DNA of 64,000 nucleotides from a virus (Duplodnaviria; Caudoviricetes), in the IMG/VR virus record IMGVR_UViG_3300025934_000001, positions 45,417 to 109,416 of that record. One strand, given 5' to 3'. Positions 20,201 through 25,289 of this stretch are shown here, piece after piece. A model generated the notes under the pieces. It was not told the DNA's origin. It did no database searches and was given only the letters and a program-made list of their open reading frames with translations. Within the stretch, counting starts at the first letter, position 1; each line of letters starts with the position of its first letter. A program made the position numbers and the translations under genes.

Positions 20201-22950
20201 CCTGGATCGCGCTGGAGCCGTGGCAGGTGAAGAGCGCCATCCACAGCGGCTTCTCGCTGGAGCACCCGGCCTACAACGCCTCGCTGTCCGACATCGCCGA
20301 GGCCGCCACCAACCTGGTGACCGACCTGCTGCGGGGCAATCCGCGCAAGTTCAACCGCCTGCTGACGCCGCTCAATACCCCCTTCCATCTGGCGCAGAAG
20401 CACCCCGGCTACCGCCGCGCCTACGAGGCGGTGCAGGCCTACCTGCGCGACGTCACCGCCTTCGCCAGCGCCGCCGCCGACCACGCCACCAGCATCCTGC
20501 CCAAGCTGGGCTGGCGCAGCACCCGGGCACCGAAGGAGGACCTGGCCGCCGCCGGACACGCCCTGTTCGCCGCCACCCTGGCCGACCTGCGGCCAACGCT
20601 GCCGCAGCTGCTGGCGGGCTTCACCGCCAACGTGCAGTACGGCACCACCATCGGCCCCATCACGGTGCCGCCGCTGACCCGCGCGCAGGCGGTGCTGTTC
20701 GGCCAGGCGCGGCAGGCGATCGACCGCTCGCTGGATCAAGTGGCGATGAGCGAGATCCACCAGATCGCCAAGGGCTACCGCATCGCGCGGACGCTGCGCG
20801 ACGCCAAGGCCGATCCGGCGCGCGGGCCGCAGATGGTGATCCAGGTGCTGCAGGCCAAGCTGGCCACCCTGCAGCCGGGCACCCCCGAACACACCGAGCT
20901 CGACAACGCCATCGCCGCCATCGAGCAGGTGGCCGAGCGCACCACCAACCTGCAGGACCGCGGCTACGCCCCGCTGATGCGCTACGGCGAGTACACGCTG
21001 AAAGTGGAGCAGGTGATCAACCAGGTGCCGACGCTGCTGTTCTACGGCATGTTCGAGAGCAAGGTCGCCATGTACGCGATGGAGCGCAAGATGAAAGCGC
21101 TCCATCCGCAGGCGCTGACCACCGTCGGCACCCTCGATACCGAGTCGTTCAAGCTGTTGCGCGGGCTCAATCTGTCGGCGATCGAGAGCTTCGCCAACAT
21201 CGTCGGCTTGAGCCGGGATCAAGCCTTCCAAGCCTACTTCCGCAACGCGGTGGCCAACCGCTCGGCCCTCAAACACCTGCTGCACCGCCACGGCGTGGCG
21301 GGGTACAGCGAAGATCTCTCCCGCGTGCTGGCCTCGTTCATTACCAGCAGCGCCCGGCTGGCGTCGAAGAACTACCACTTCACCGACATCAACGAGGCGG
21401 TCAACGCCATTACCGACGGTGATGTGAAGGGCACGGCCTCCAAGCTGGCCGAGTACGTGAAGAACCCGATGGAAGAGCTGCCGGTGATCCGCGGCCTGTT
21501 GTTCGTCAACTTCATTGGCGGCTCGGCGGCGGCGGCGCTGACCAACCTGACGCAGACGCCGATGCAGACGCTGCCGCTGATCTCGCAGTACCAGGGCGGC
21601 GGCTTCCTCAATGCTGCTGCGCCGACCAAGGCGATGGCCGCTGTGCTCGCCGCCATGCGCCTGCCCACGCCGGCAGTGGGCACGCCGCTGGCGCTGGCGC
21701 TGGACCAGGCGGCGCACGAGGGCATCACCGAACCGCAGGAGGTGCACCAGCTGTACGCCGAGAGCATCCGCGGGATCGGCAAGAACCTGGCGCTGCGCAA
21801 GGCGCTGCGGGCGTGGGGCGCCATGTTCGCGGCGGCGGAGAGCTACAACCGCAAGGTGGCCTTCATCGCCGCCTTCAAGACTGCCGAGGCGCGCGGCATG
21901 GCCGCCATCAACGCCGCCAGCCGGCGCGGGGTGCAGACCTTCGCCAACCCCTACGAGTTCGCCCGCTACGTGGTCGACGCCACCCAGGGCGTCTACAACC
22001 GCGGCAACCGGCCGCAGCTGGGCCGCACCGCCGTCGGCGCGACGGTGATGACCTTCAAGCAGTTCGTCATCAGCTACCTTGAGTTTGTGAGCCGTTTGCC
22101 GGCGCGCGAGAAGACCATCGCGCTATCGCTGTTGATCCTGGCGGCGGGACTGCAAGGCCTGCCCGGCGCGGACGACCTCGAGGACCTGTGGGACACCATC
22201 GCGCAGATGCTGGGCTACAACGCCAACAGCAAGAAGTGGCTGCGCGAGAAGGCGGTGGAGTTGCTGGGCGAGCAGTGGGGCGGGCTGTTGACCCACGGCG
22301 TATCGCAGCACCTGCCGTTCGACATCCAGGCGCGCATGAGCTTCTCCAACCTGCTCCCCGGCACGGCGGCGTTCAAGCCGTCGGACGCCACCCACAAGGC
22401 CTCCGAGGTAGCGGAGGTGTTCGGCCCGGTCGGCGGCTTCGCCAAGCAGATCGCCTCCGGGGCCGAGGCGCTGGCCTCGGGCAACTGGCAGGGCGCCGGC
22501 ACCGCTGCGCTGCCGAAGGCGATTGCCGACTGGGTCAAGGGCGTGGATATGTGGCGCAGCGGGATCTACAAGGACATCCGCGGCAAGAAGGTAATCGCGG
22601 TGGACAAGCTCGACGCCGCGCTCAAGTTCATTGGGGTGCAGCCGTCGGTGGTAGCGCAGGAGCAGCTGAAGCGCAGCGATCTGCAGCAGTCGATCGACTT
22701 CACCAAGAGCACCGAAACCCGGATCGTCAGCGACTGGGCCCGCGCGATCGTCGACAAGGACGAGGCCGGGATCAAGGCCGCAGTCAACGCGCTGCATTCG
22801 TGGAACCTCAAGAATCCGGAGTGGCCGATCCGCATTACGCCGAACCAGGTGAAGCAGCAGGCCTATGATCTGCTGCGGGATAGCACCCAGCGGTTGATGC
22901 GGCAGACGCCGAAGGATCTTCGGCCCCAAGCGCAGCGTGAGCTGCGGTAA
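5221..22950 (+). CDS. Giant (5,909 aa) DarB-like large polyvalent virion protein: N6-adenine MTase + SNF2 helicase + zincin + ART-like + PLxRFG-like
   Basis: LEPSMGSGNF (~11640) and NPPF (11839); DHVVGAGKT (~13850), DESQ (~14345), QREGRVIRQG (~15590); HEALGH (17167); IQELQSDW (~18430); 'FRRWFGNS..VFHAT..PVYL..GFDG' (19730-20250); PLMRYG (~20970). Confidence 0.9.
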   Translation: MAGLFDDVLAPAAPASKPGLFDDVLNPNAPTAKGGLFTDAKPPVLEPGEEPPKFDFSAPVGEEGFIGAMKAVPGSAERAAKIAIPQMVGQTEQWFGSGMGLPALEQYGKDVQARAEARAETTPKETLVSQRAREDSWTNTRGWVEPGIENTVRSFAPTVAGAVIGGVAGLVVGGPPGAAAGAITGAKWGAVAGVPLWYASQAQETHDKVKKAQLTKIGGLDEKPPGMVTPGNIDLTDRPVVQNADGTISTVKTIGVNFGGQETVIPTVSDDGRILSNAEAIAQFRKTGKHFGQFDSVAAANAYGQALHVAQQKMYDPKVQAKVEADANEAGHISGTIEGATDYVLSKIGIGAWTKPLKAKLAGGASGVAVKSLFGAPVKQAVKTVGGVIAKEIPVELGQQAGESAVEGAYGAGPGATWKDTMSVFGPTVVMGLITGVPAAAHNHYSRGQTQQLLGNGTADPTDRKGAALTVGAALKENHPGVAAAFLLYANDQIAANQPIALENDAFYQNYATTRPPPPPPPAGGTAAPPPTGPPPPPPAGGTPGATPPPNQPPPTGNPPTPGGQPTPPPTGTQPPPPTGPGPGTPPPTTPTAPPNAPASSAATLLQHAATRWDELSRKANGTPDQTIVGPDGKARVVPGQQPEYLTREELTEYQFLRSHRDNPEQLASRLGVRLLTPAEEHAQARVETQQRTGIDPGTGVVGAAAAAAVDSGVAANPLTGGVNALQEPSATGVLPHPPEGTGAPGGEGGGVGPGQQGAEVAGQGAPEAQGPQLTTPAYATEAAAQAKAQYLTTQSGVPHEVVEHPESPGAFAVQEKEAEGEPSGTDQADTGRGEGEPADQGHAETTGEAAPAAAPAEGAPAAGTVTEEPAAVRPETTEHLTPEDLQPLVDKLNEVVAADQAVKAAKSAKAQKEHKPAINTNEQLLLAGAQRDLREGKPGALDELRKMVGMHHEPGDWIGGTVRKQLRDLLMRKAPPHWNYETLGAIAEDAKKHKRGATIRETLDEARDMMDAGDPAAYNALKSAAFQAGYNSDLGNRILGLIKEAHSPEAAAEVAEAKAATEPVPHLREKEAEEEVIPVTEAQAEAWREHYAGMKLSEAKPGKLPTITPVTHAGSQWVVTGVQGGSTHPWQLKVQELVPDGLGPEWKKGQPPGSFYDGRRVQVRGGKTFQMGVRKAIFEAPSTPEQEKKRAELKARREADEKAEAERIAAYPRDVEGRSPNQAGVYQPTETLELPVTKKNWRGVALAEINLVELRDGTWRMGLSSNFNHGSMTGTGFAPSADGHSFATRAEALDAAIARLRRHAESFAAGRENKGMPAQAEANKVLNWLDGLQVPGRAKAEPTGDAEAERIAGLKTEAGQKAIARSRDSLRESFDRAIAAWKPRESLGVYIRDDPKKRGWLGIFVSEGHGPEKMLISVELTPGSNVAVGPWDLGQISKVFHAWLQKQPKAERRIPTHAEQQDRSRDEAKRALEGALKKAEEAGELWELRAGLVGLQARLNSGSSSAPPYYAKAVAERIDKLIAAAQKDPERTFDFWLSKGLTPRQKRDAEKRAVAEQKAAERAATLEQRIRKAKDDIARIEQRASAEAMENWRAATPNIRHTFPTSMTVESKAAKAQFEAEALAKRQPTIDQLRNKIEAWEVQLGLRAAPVREPEGPQYDFQQTFPEPDVEEMNRAGREAPYAAGDQVAAAAWHADVAEELRRLVKAEEADETALRGSLPPDKRTKVQAALRETRELYNAKMGEYRDLFGDAAHLQFESHVHGLEEPAAKKPVTPQVEAPPGSAPLGMKTPEAPAPTPAQPQFAKNTVFTQDAVAAARERSRKKLGTLRTGFDPELFQDLVTIAGAYIESGVREFAAFSKAMIEDLGEGVRPYLRTVYDGLRSWPGLETVGMTPAADIDAEAARAHIQPAGPGEPGAGALERIPAEALQGTPAGGEAGAGTAGRGQSDVERNGEQPTTGVHAGGSVGVVHAEPPAGATGEGQPAGAAAGQPGVHVPSGGQSDAGPTAPGEPFPQAHNFVITDEIELGKGGLVQKFKDNVAAIRLLKQIESENRRATPNEQKILAKYVGWGGLKQVFPPPGGKLAKGWEARVAEVRDLLTPDEHEAAARTILDAHYTSREIVEGIWAIAQRLGFTGGKVLEPSMGSGNFFGLLPADLRSTTSLTGVEQDHITARIAKQLYPEAAVLGPVGFQDTNMRNGHFNLAVGNPPFGPQTLFDEHSRHLRGFSLHNYFFAKAIDKLAPNGILIQVVSRYLMDAQTSTAREYLAHRTELLGAIRLPWTAFYANANTEVVTDIVILQKLPSDQWGGADQTWTQTTEVPDPLGGKPIRVNAYFAAHPEMILGTMDRSGEMLHENDVTVQPRKNEPLAVGLANVIATLPEDRYTRGKSEEEVQHEATAAVNDDGVPTGDTGSYHEAHGFLQQVVQNADGSLGLVKITADTLWNADAKPETRLDPKTGQRVTVEPAKWGVERLARVRAMVAIKDTDRELLRAEATDAPLARLSYLRQQLNEQYDAFVARYGYLTDQANERAFRADPDAPLLLALETDYDRGVSADRAKTLGVPARKPSAKKMPIFTQRVVLARVAPTTAANVRDGAAVSLNERGMLDPAYIAQLTSKTPNAVIAELTDGEKPIAFFDPIQQTYEPAAEYLSGNVKRKYAEALQAGLTKNADALRAVFPADLKAGEIAARLGSPWIETAAYEGFAQHLFGPTTEVRVGYLPGTGGFALALAGGDKALRETRWGVNHVALLDANGQESGAFADGRDGDDLLSRVLNNKDLTVYHTDQDGNRYSHPEVTQALADRADEMRQEFELWIFKDLERRERLVQHYNDNYNTNVKPVYDGSYLTFPGKVPDTVIRFRKHQNDAVARIIRTGKILLDHVVGAGKTYTIIAAAMEQRRLGLKNKPLVVVPNHLVKQWASSWYRLYPAAKILAMRKEDFSKVNRQRMLARIASGNWDGVIFGHSSFGFMANDRSLVLAEMSKQVEQIQEAIRAAREVEGARSQTARQYQRQKERLEQKMRELASKPQDKLLTFQELGVDMLYLDESQEFKNLFFTTQRRNVGGFGNPTGSKKAFDLFIKGQWLQNTYNGGGLAFASGTPVSNSLTELYTLQRYLGLTELENRGLLSLDAWLNTFGVVESEYESNVTGTRYKRKDRLRRLTNVPEAQQMYHAFADAVTMDTIKANFRADHNGAEFPIPKVKGGKPRQNVVVPASWLQRSYSAGLQLRMESLRRGGTDNALAILTDGRKAALDIRLVDPSAPDNPTGKSNTAVGEIKRIYEANTYRKGTQLVFLDLSMPLKQGVKAAEGYLKEGRELLPLGVTVPAVGTMTSQWQQLHAALVDHLENLDEDQAPNAIEQLEAFLAQSTDIGAAMTTVDSKFSVYDDMKAKMIAAGIPANEIAFIHDANTEQQKQDLFDRVNAGSVRVLMGSTMKMGAGTNVQQKAVALHHIDVPWRPSDIEQREGRVIRQGNEFRQADPNFEVEILAYATEGTSDVFFWQTQEQKLNAINSLRNASGERELEEVSSDTMSAAEMKALASGNPLILEDVSLTEKVRKLSAQQRRFTSEQQDLESQAARYERQIAGLPALIEEQKDVAAKADAYHADPFAGVTRKTVEVDGQQLNATQAGAHIREVAEAAKAVAKATDEPRDERLKTLRAQAVELSAQGKKNTPEYQAIETEFKALLAAPDTKPVLKITVAGKTYINENGAVTAVEREVGDIHAFRFVGADGHEYIRREELEAALKRTLAAQMGQPEAEQLGTLGGLPVTLQWTQGRYGVGFEVSLGTESRFLEERAATQFMQAERVDGVKVVSAMMRLLRDAPVVLHETQTALKAAQTGLAPVQAQLGKTWGKEGELAAARARLTEVRLLLSGATPTAAAPYEGPMSYRGVQIAGPYQVPPGGMRYSLGGAAGQSLNTKAAVEAAIAAVVAKWRNAPRLTVVQSVAELPPSPDGKPYPLTLRGVYFGGHVFLVADNILPGREQFVASHEALGHFGLQGLLGDQLQPLMEQIYRSNPKAKAAVDRMIAEVKAKYPGLHYDIARATEEYLADLAEAGRLTEVKGWRLLVAAIRKALRAIGFTVEFSDNDIVALLANARRYVEQGARQPQVQGQLEPALSTTGQAAPLWYSALAEAVAGAKQTLAPSAMWQGLLKNLPGVKKEEVEWSGLREWLQLQQGKVSKDEIMAFLKANGVQVEERVYGAPEAGGPALQEERETLEEELGRHGFQVGYTQSGRLDTLTRDDQTWAQNHDNDNWVALDPATGDVMENGPSLPADAEMAAMALQRVTDPGYEPGQLRAAQFSGWKPVKQGGQNYRELVLTLPLHQPSLALDVFKAKLAAKYGIEGDEDSPASGLMSQADRFELQRLQAEARKQEARNYKGGHFKASPNSLLHIRFDERTDAEGKRVLFIQELQSDWGQKGGQFGFADDRAEQAMAAYEARRNALQARYDDLVAQWNAVPFGGVGITTEVRQQRNEQRAALMDQRSAAHRDLMALYQERPPTRSHYSTIPAAPFVAKREYAVFTKNAEGVEEEVTRTLKTEGKEDQQVAQRYGTLEEAQAAAKKVEGGEARDVGYGENTPAWVGLGLKRIIRWAADHGFDRIAWATGDQQVAAYPGLEKHIDKLDVTAEPRTYGGKIWRVKGLNPAGEDVVHITAYDEKQLQKAIGKELAARVLRDTAHAATANYRNLDTKIGGEGMRTYYDRVLPNIANDVLKKLGGERVRALTGVIDPKTATYDGPVGQDLLNQLRDIVRGGHPSQVGQTEAQIAPVRAAARAVQTAYYGTASTREAMEAHATPELLAAVGGTLTKADPSGLQPGFDVTPALRAKALQGMPMFSLAQQATAAFRRWFGNSQVVTDRGAPMRVFHATSATRDYVIFRRFAHFGTVEQANFRSAYEPLVLPYQNRQAQGPKRTIPVYLSIQNALKIDDTGEQHDVQLLTDLARDAGGISDEQWLWIRGRSLDRQLERLSERDRGDRLIAALKKNGFDGFYYENDVEGSGLSWIALEPWQVKSAIHSGFSLEHPAYNASLSDIAEAATNLVTDLLRGNPRKFNRLLTPLNTPFHLAQKHPGYRRAYEAVQAYLRDVTAFASAAADHATSILPKLGWRSTRAPKEDLAAAGHALFAATLADLRPTLPQLLAGFTANVQYGTTIGPITVPPLTRAQAVLFGQARQAIDRSLDQVAMSEIHQIAKGYRIARTLRDAKADPARGPQMVIQVLQAKLATLQPGTPEHTELDNAIAAIEQVAERTTNLQDRGYAPLMRYGEYTLKVEQVINQVPTLLFYGMFESKVAMYAMERKMKALHPQALTTVGTLDTESFKLLRGLNLSAIESFANIVGLSRDQAFQAYFRNAVANRSALKHLLHRHGVAGYSEDLSRVLASFITSSARLASKNYHFTDINEAVNAITDGDVKGTASKLAEYVKNPMEELPVIRGLLFVNFIGGSAAAALTNLTQTPMQTLPLISQYQGGGFLNAAAPTKAMAAVLAAMRLPTPAVGTPLALALDQAAHEGITEPQEVHQLYAESIRGIGKNLALRKALRAWGAMFAAAESYNRKVAFIAAFKTAEARGMAAINAASRRGVQTFANPYEFARYVVDATQGVYNRGNRPQLGRTAVGATVMTFKQFVISYLEFVSRLPAREKTIALSLLILAAGLQGLPGADDLEDLWDTIAQMLGYNANSKKWLREKAVELLGEQWGGLLTHGVSQHLPFDIQARMSFSNLLPGTAAFKPSDATHKASEVAEVFGPVGGFAKQIASGAEALASGNWQGAGTAALPKAIADWVKGVDMWRSGIYKDIRGKKVIAVDKLDAALKFIGVQPSVVAQEQLKRSDLQQSIDFTKSTETRIVSDWARAIVDKDEAGIKAAVNALHSWNLKNPEWPIRITPNQVKQQAYDLLRDSTQRLMRQTPKDLRPQAQRELR
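7391..7543 (+). CDS. Nested 50-aa basic protein overprinted in the +1 frame of the giant ORF (MPYKSRAQQGYFHTHQKELERQGVKVAEWDQASKGLKLPAKVRPKPKARS)
   Basis: GGAGG 7381-7385, ATG 7391, TGA 7541-7543; codons are G/C-ending in this frame while the host frame is atypical; resembles the small phage 'MPFKSKAQ..EWD..KLP' type. Confidence 0.75.
   Translation: MPYKSRAQQGYFHTHQKELERQGVKVAEWDQASKGLKLPAKVRPKPKARS
7691..7819 (+). CDS. Nested 42-aa basic peptide overprinted in the +1 frame (MVRIKQTREEAKVSRQIKAMQKQRERQRQPQPLPKARPPRGR)
   Basis: AAGGAG at 7679-7684, GTG 7691, TAA 7817-7819; host frame is A-ending and low-complexity here. Confidence 0.5.
   Translation: MVRIKQTREEAKVSRQIKAMQKQRERQRQPQPLPKARPPRGR
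10934..11281 (+). CDS. Nested 115-aa helical protein overprinted in the +1 frame, loosely TnpV-like
   Basis: GGAGG 10923-10927 then GTG 10934; protein-like 'REHWREFQPKRYKALQQAGKLEQEL..EEAWE'; host frame is a G/A/E/P linker with GGA/GCA/CAA codons. Confidence 0.75.
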   Translation: MHTFSQQALVNLGREHWREFQPKRYKALQQAGKLEQELQAAANLTLSEMESSRQLGYTQEEAWELSMQNHLLVPPEKGSPQEPLPDNPAYTSLAEVNRMRDQPPPASPSRKPTTS

Positions 22951-22965
22951 CCGGAAGGAGGCAGC

Positions 22966-23166
22966 ATGGATCTACTCGGGTTGTTGATCACCCTCGTTAT
23001 CCTCGGGCTCATTTTCGCGGTGCTGTGGTGGGGCGTCACCAAGCTCACGCCGCTGCTGCCGCCGCCGTTTGGCGTCGTCATTCAAGTGATCTTCGTGCTG
23101 GTGGTGGTGGTCGTGCTGATCTCGCTGCTGCTGGGCCACATTCCGACGGTGAGGCTGGGGCGCTGA
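22966..23166 (+). CDS. Small two-TM membrane protein (Thivi_2564-like)
   Basis: AAGGAGG SD; two hydrophobic helices; near-identical paralog at 60105-60305. Confidence 0.7.
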   Translation: MDLLGLLITLVILGLIFAVLWWGVTKLTPLLPPPFGVVIQVIFVLVVVVVLISLLLGHIPTVRLGR

Positions 23167-23390
23167 TGGACAACCAGCACCGCCAGATCAAGGGCTACCG
23201 CGAGCTGAACGCGGAAGAGATCGCGCTGATGAATCAGGTGAAGTCGCTAGGGGAGCCGCTGCAGGACGTGCTGCTGATGCTGCGCAATCAGGGAATGGTG
23301 GACCAGCGTTGGGTGTCGATCGGCGAGACCCACCTGCAGCAGGGCCTCATGGCGCTCACGCGCGCGATTGCGAAACCTGGATTCTTCTGA
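23166..23390 (+). CDS. acb2: Acb2-family anti-CBASS cyclic-nucleotide sponge
   Basis: MDNQHRQIKGYRELNAEEIALMNQVK...RWVSIGETHLQQGLMALTRAIAKP matches the recalled Acb2 pattern (MDNQH.KIKGYR.L..EEI..MN..K; RW.AI.KT..Q.G.MA..RAIA.P); TGATG coupling. Confidence 0.85.
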   Translation: MDNQHRQIKGYRELNAEEIALMNQVKSLGEPLQDVLLMLRNQGMVDQRWVSIGETHLQQGLMALTRAIAKPGFF

Positions 23391-23488
23391 TGATTCGGGA
23401 AATCCCACGGCCACCGTTGGGAGTGGTGGCCGTGGTCGGGCTCATTGTGCTGCTGATCTGCCTCGCGCTGGTGTGGGCGGCGTGGTGA
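23390..23488 (+). CDS. 32-aa single-TM peptide
   Basis: TGATG coupling to acb2; hydrophobic stretch. Confidence 0.45.
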   Translation: MIREIPRPPLGVVAVVGLIVLLICLALVWAAW

Positions 23489-23692
23489 TCAGCGGAACAC
23501 GGCCACGAAAGCGCGGATCCATGCGTCGTTGATGACCCATGGGCACGGCAGCACGGTCGCCGCTGCCGCGGTGGTCGCCGCCGAAAGCGTTACCGCCGCC
23601 ACGAGGGCACGCTGCCACAGCAGGTTGAGCATGGCCGCGTGCTCGACGGCTTCCGGCGATTCGGTTACAGGCGTGAAGGTGATGCTAGGCAT
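23489..23692 (-). CDS. Hypothetical protein (67 aa)
   Basis: ATG overlaps the end of the PEP-CTERM gene. Confidence 0.4.
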   Translation of the reverse strand: MPSITFTPVTESPEAVEHAAMLNLLWQRALVAAVTLSAATTAAAATVLPCPWVINDAWIRAFVAVFR

Positions 23693-24524
23693 GGCGCTTC
23701 CTCCGGATGAAGGCCAGCAGCAGGAAACCTGCGCCGACCAGTGCGATGGAGCCCGGTTCCGGCGCCGCGAAGGCGAAGGTGCCGGGCAGGTAGGCCCATT
23801 CCTCAAAACCATCGGCGGCGTCCGCGCCGGGCGTGGTGCCGCCGGCATCGCCGAACGCGCTGGAGAACAGGATGCGGCTATCCGCTGCCAGCCCGATGAA
23901 GGCCGACGTCGGGATCAGCACCCGCAAGTCATAGCCGAGTCCCGACCCGGCAAACAAGTTGTAGTCCAGCATCAAGGTGTTCTGCGGCCCGAGGGCATAG
24001 ACAAGCTGCAGGTTGGGCAACAGATCGAGGTCCGCGAGGCTGGTGACGTTGGTGTTGTTGAGCATGAACGGCGCGGTCTCCCCCGACGTGCCGCTGCGGC
24101 CCCAGATCCGCAGCGTATCCAGCGACAGCAGGCTGTTGGTCCCCCCGTTCGGCTCGTTGATGTCGAGGAAGAAGGCGAAGTAGTCGATCCCCGCCAGCGT
24201 GATGGTGCCCAACTGATTGAGTTGGAAGGTGGTGGTGAAGGTGTTGGTGTTGTCGCGCTTGTCGTCCAGCGGCAGGGTGTTGACGGTAGGGTCGTCGGTG
24301 GACACGCCCCCTTCCGTGCCGTTTTGCTGCAGGCTCAAGAACGGGGTGATGACCCCGCTGCCGATGTTGCTCAAGTTACTGGGGTTCTGGAACAGCGCCC
24401 CGCCGGCCGTGGTGTCGGTAGCGAAGGTGCAGGTGCCGCCGACCAGGAACAGGTTGCAGGTGGATCCGGCGAAGGCCGGTGCGGCGAGGATGGCCAGCGC
24501 CGCGGCGAGCAATAGACGTTTCAT
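23685..24524 (-). CDS. PEP-CTERM sorting-domain exported protein
   Basis: Signal peptide MKRLLLAAALAILAAPAFA; C-terminal APEPGS + TM helix + RRKR; SD AGGGAG. Confidence 0.9.
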   Translation of the reverse strand: MKRLLLAAALAILAAPAFAGSTCNLFLVGGTCTFATDTTAGGALFQNPSNLSNIGSGVITPFLSLQQNGTEGGVSTDDPTVNTLPLDDKRDNTNTFTTTFQLNQLGTITLAGIDYFAFFLDINEPNGGTNSLLSLDTLRIWGRSGTSGETAPFMLNNTNVTSLADLDLLPNLQLVYALGPQNTLMLDYNLFAGSGLGYDLRVLIPTSAFIGLAADSRILFSSAFGDAGGTTPGADAADGFEEWAYLPGTFAFAAPEPGSIALVGAGFLLLAFIRRKRHA

Positions 24525-24562
24525 GGTGATCTCCCTTGGGTTGGTGTTGCCTGCAGAGGGCA

Positions 24563-24578
24563 AGCACGGAATGCACCA
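24563..24578 (-). promoter_or_regulatory. sigma54-type -24/-12 promoter of the PEP-CTERM gene
   Basis: TGGTGCATTCCGTGCT: GG-N10-GC spacing, about 40 bp upstream of the ATG. Confidence 0.55.
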
Positions 24579-24593
24579 AATTGTAATCCGGTG

Positions 24594-24620
24594 AAAAAAC
24601 AAGGGCCCCCGCAGGAGCCC
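24594..24620 (-). terminator. Intrinsic terminator
   Basis: GGGCTCC-tgcg-GGGGCCC stem followed by TTGTTTTTT on the - strand. Confidence 0.65.
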
Positions 24621-24644
24621 GTTGAGCGACTGTAAACCCTGCCG

Positions 24645-24884
24645 TCAATGGCCGCGGGTATTGTCGGTTGGCATGGCGTGGAAGTTCTCCGCGCTGGGCA
24701 GATCGAAGCCGGAGTCCAAGAGGTACTTGAGGATGGCCTGCTCGTCCTCGCCGTAGACAATCGAGATCGTTGGCAGGCCCGCCATGCCGTGCTTGAGGAT
24801 CGGGTGGCCCTGCTGCAGCAACTCGAGGTTGCGGCGGGAGAGCCCGAGGATGATGGCGCCAGTGGTGGAGAGGCAGATGATCAT
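24645..24884 (-). CDS. Hypothetical protein, paralog of 60535-60756
   Basis: Shared 'I.GLSRRN.ELL..G.PI.K....P.I.IVYGE.EQAI'. Confidence 0.7.
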   Translation of the reverse strand: MIICLSTTGAIILGLSRRNLELLQQGHPILKHGMAGLPTISIVYGEDEQAILKYLLDSGFDLPSAENFHAMPTDNTRGH

Positions 24885-25183
24885 GTTGGCTGCGGCCCTA
24901 CGGTGCCGCGGATCTCGGCGGTGACGTTGCCGGCCGGATCCTGCTTGTAGGCCGCGCCCTGGCGGGCGGAGCCGAAGATAGCGCCACCCTCCATGAACAC
25001 GCCGACGATGGGGATGCAGGACTCGTCGGGGTGGATCTCGCAGATCTCGCCGTTCTGCAGCACCACGGCGAGCCCGCGCATGTCCTTGAGCATCAGGTAG
25101 GGGGCGGAGCGCACGCTGCAGCCGAAGGTGTCGCCCGGGTGCAGCTGCGAGAAGGGAACAGGGGTGCGTAGCATGACTTGCAT
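24881..25183 (-). CDS. Hypothetical protein (100 aa)
   Basis: GGAGG SD; ATGA coupling to the next gene. Confidence 0.6.
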   Translation of the reverse strand: MQVMLRTPVPFSQLHPGDTFGCSVRSAPYLMLKDMRGLAVVLQNGEICEIHPDESCIPIVGVFMEGGAIFGSARQGAAYKQDPAGNVTAEIRGTVGPQPT

Positions 25184-25184
25184 T

Positions 25185-25289
25185 TCAAGCCTCCAGTTTG
25201 CGACAGCGGATGCAGATCCGCAGCCGGTCGTTGCGGCGATGGCGCCAGCGGTGCCAGCCGAGCCAGCACAGCACGCGAAGTAGTTTCAT
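25185..25289 (-). CDS. 34-aa Cys/His peptide (MKLLRVLCWLGWHRW..CIRC), DUF1660-like
   Basis: ATGA coupling; LC.LG.H.W...C.RC pattern. Confidence 0.5.
   Translation of the reverse strand: MKLLRVLCWLGWHRWRHRRNDRLRICIRCRKLEA

Noticed and set aside
3655-21747. Long - strand ORFs (3655-6552, 12382-15423, 15454-18174, 19684-21747) and +2-frame ORFs such as 15570-18077
   Set aside because: High-GC shadows of the real + strand genes; Arg/Gly/His-rich translations without motifs or SDs
23529-24515. 328-aa + strand ORF
   Set aside because: Antisense shadow of the PEP-CTERM gene
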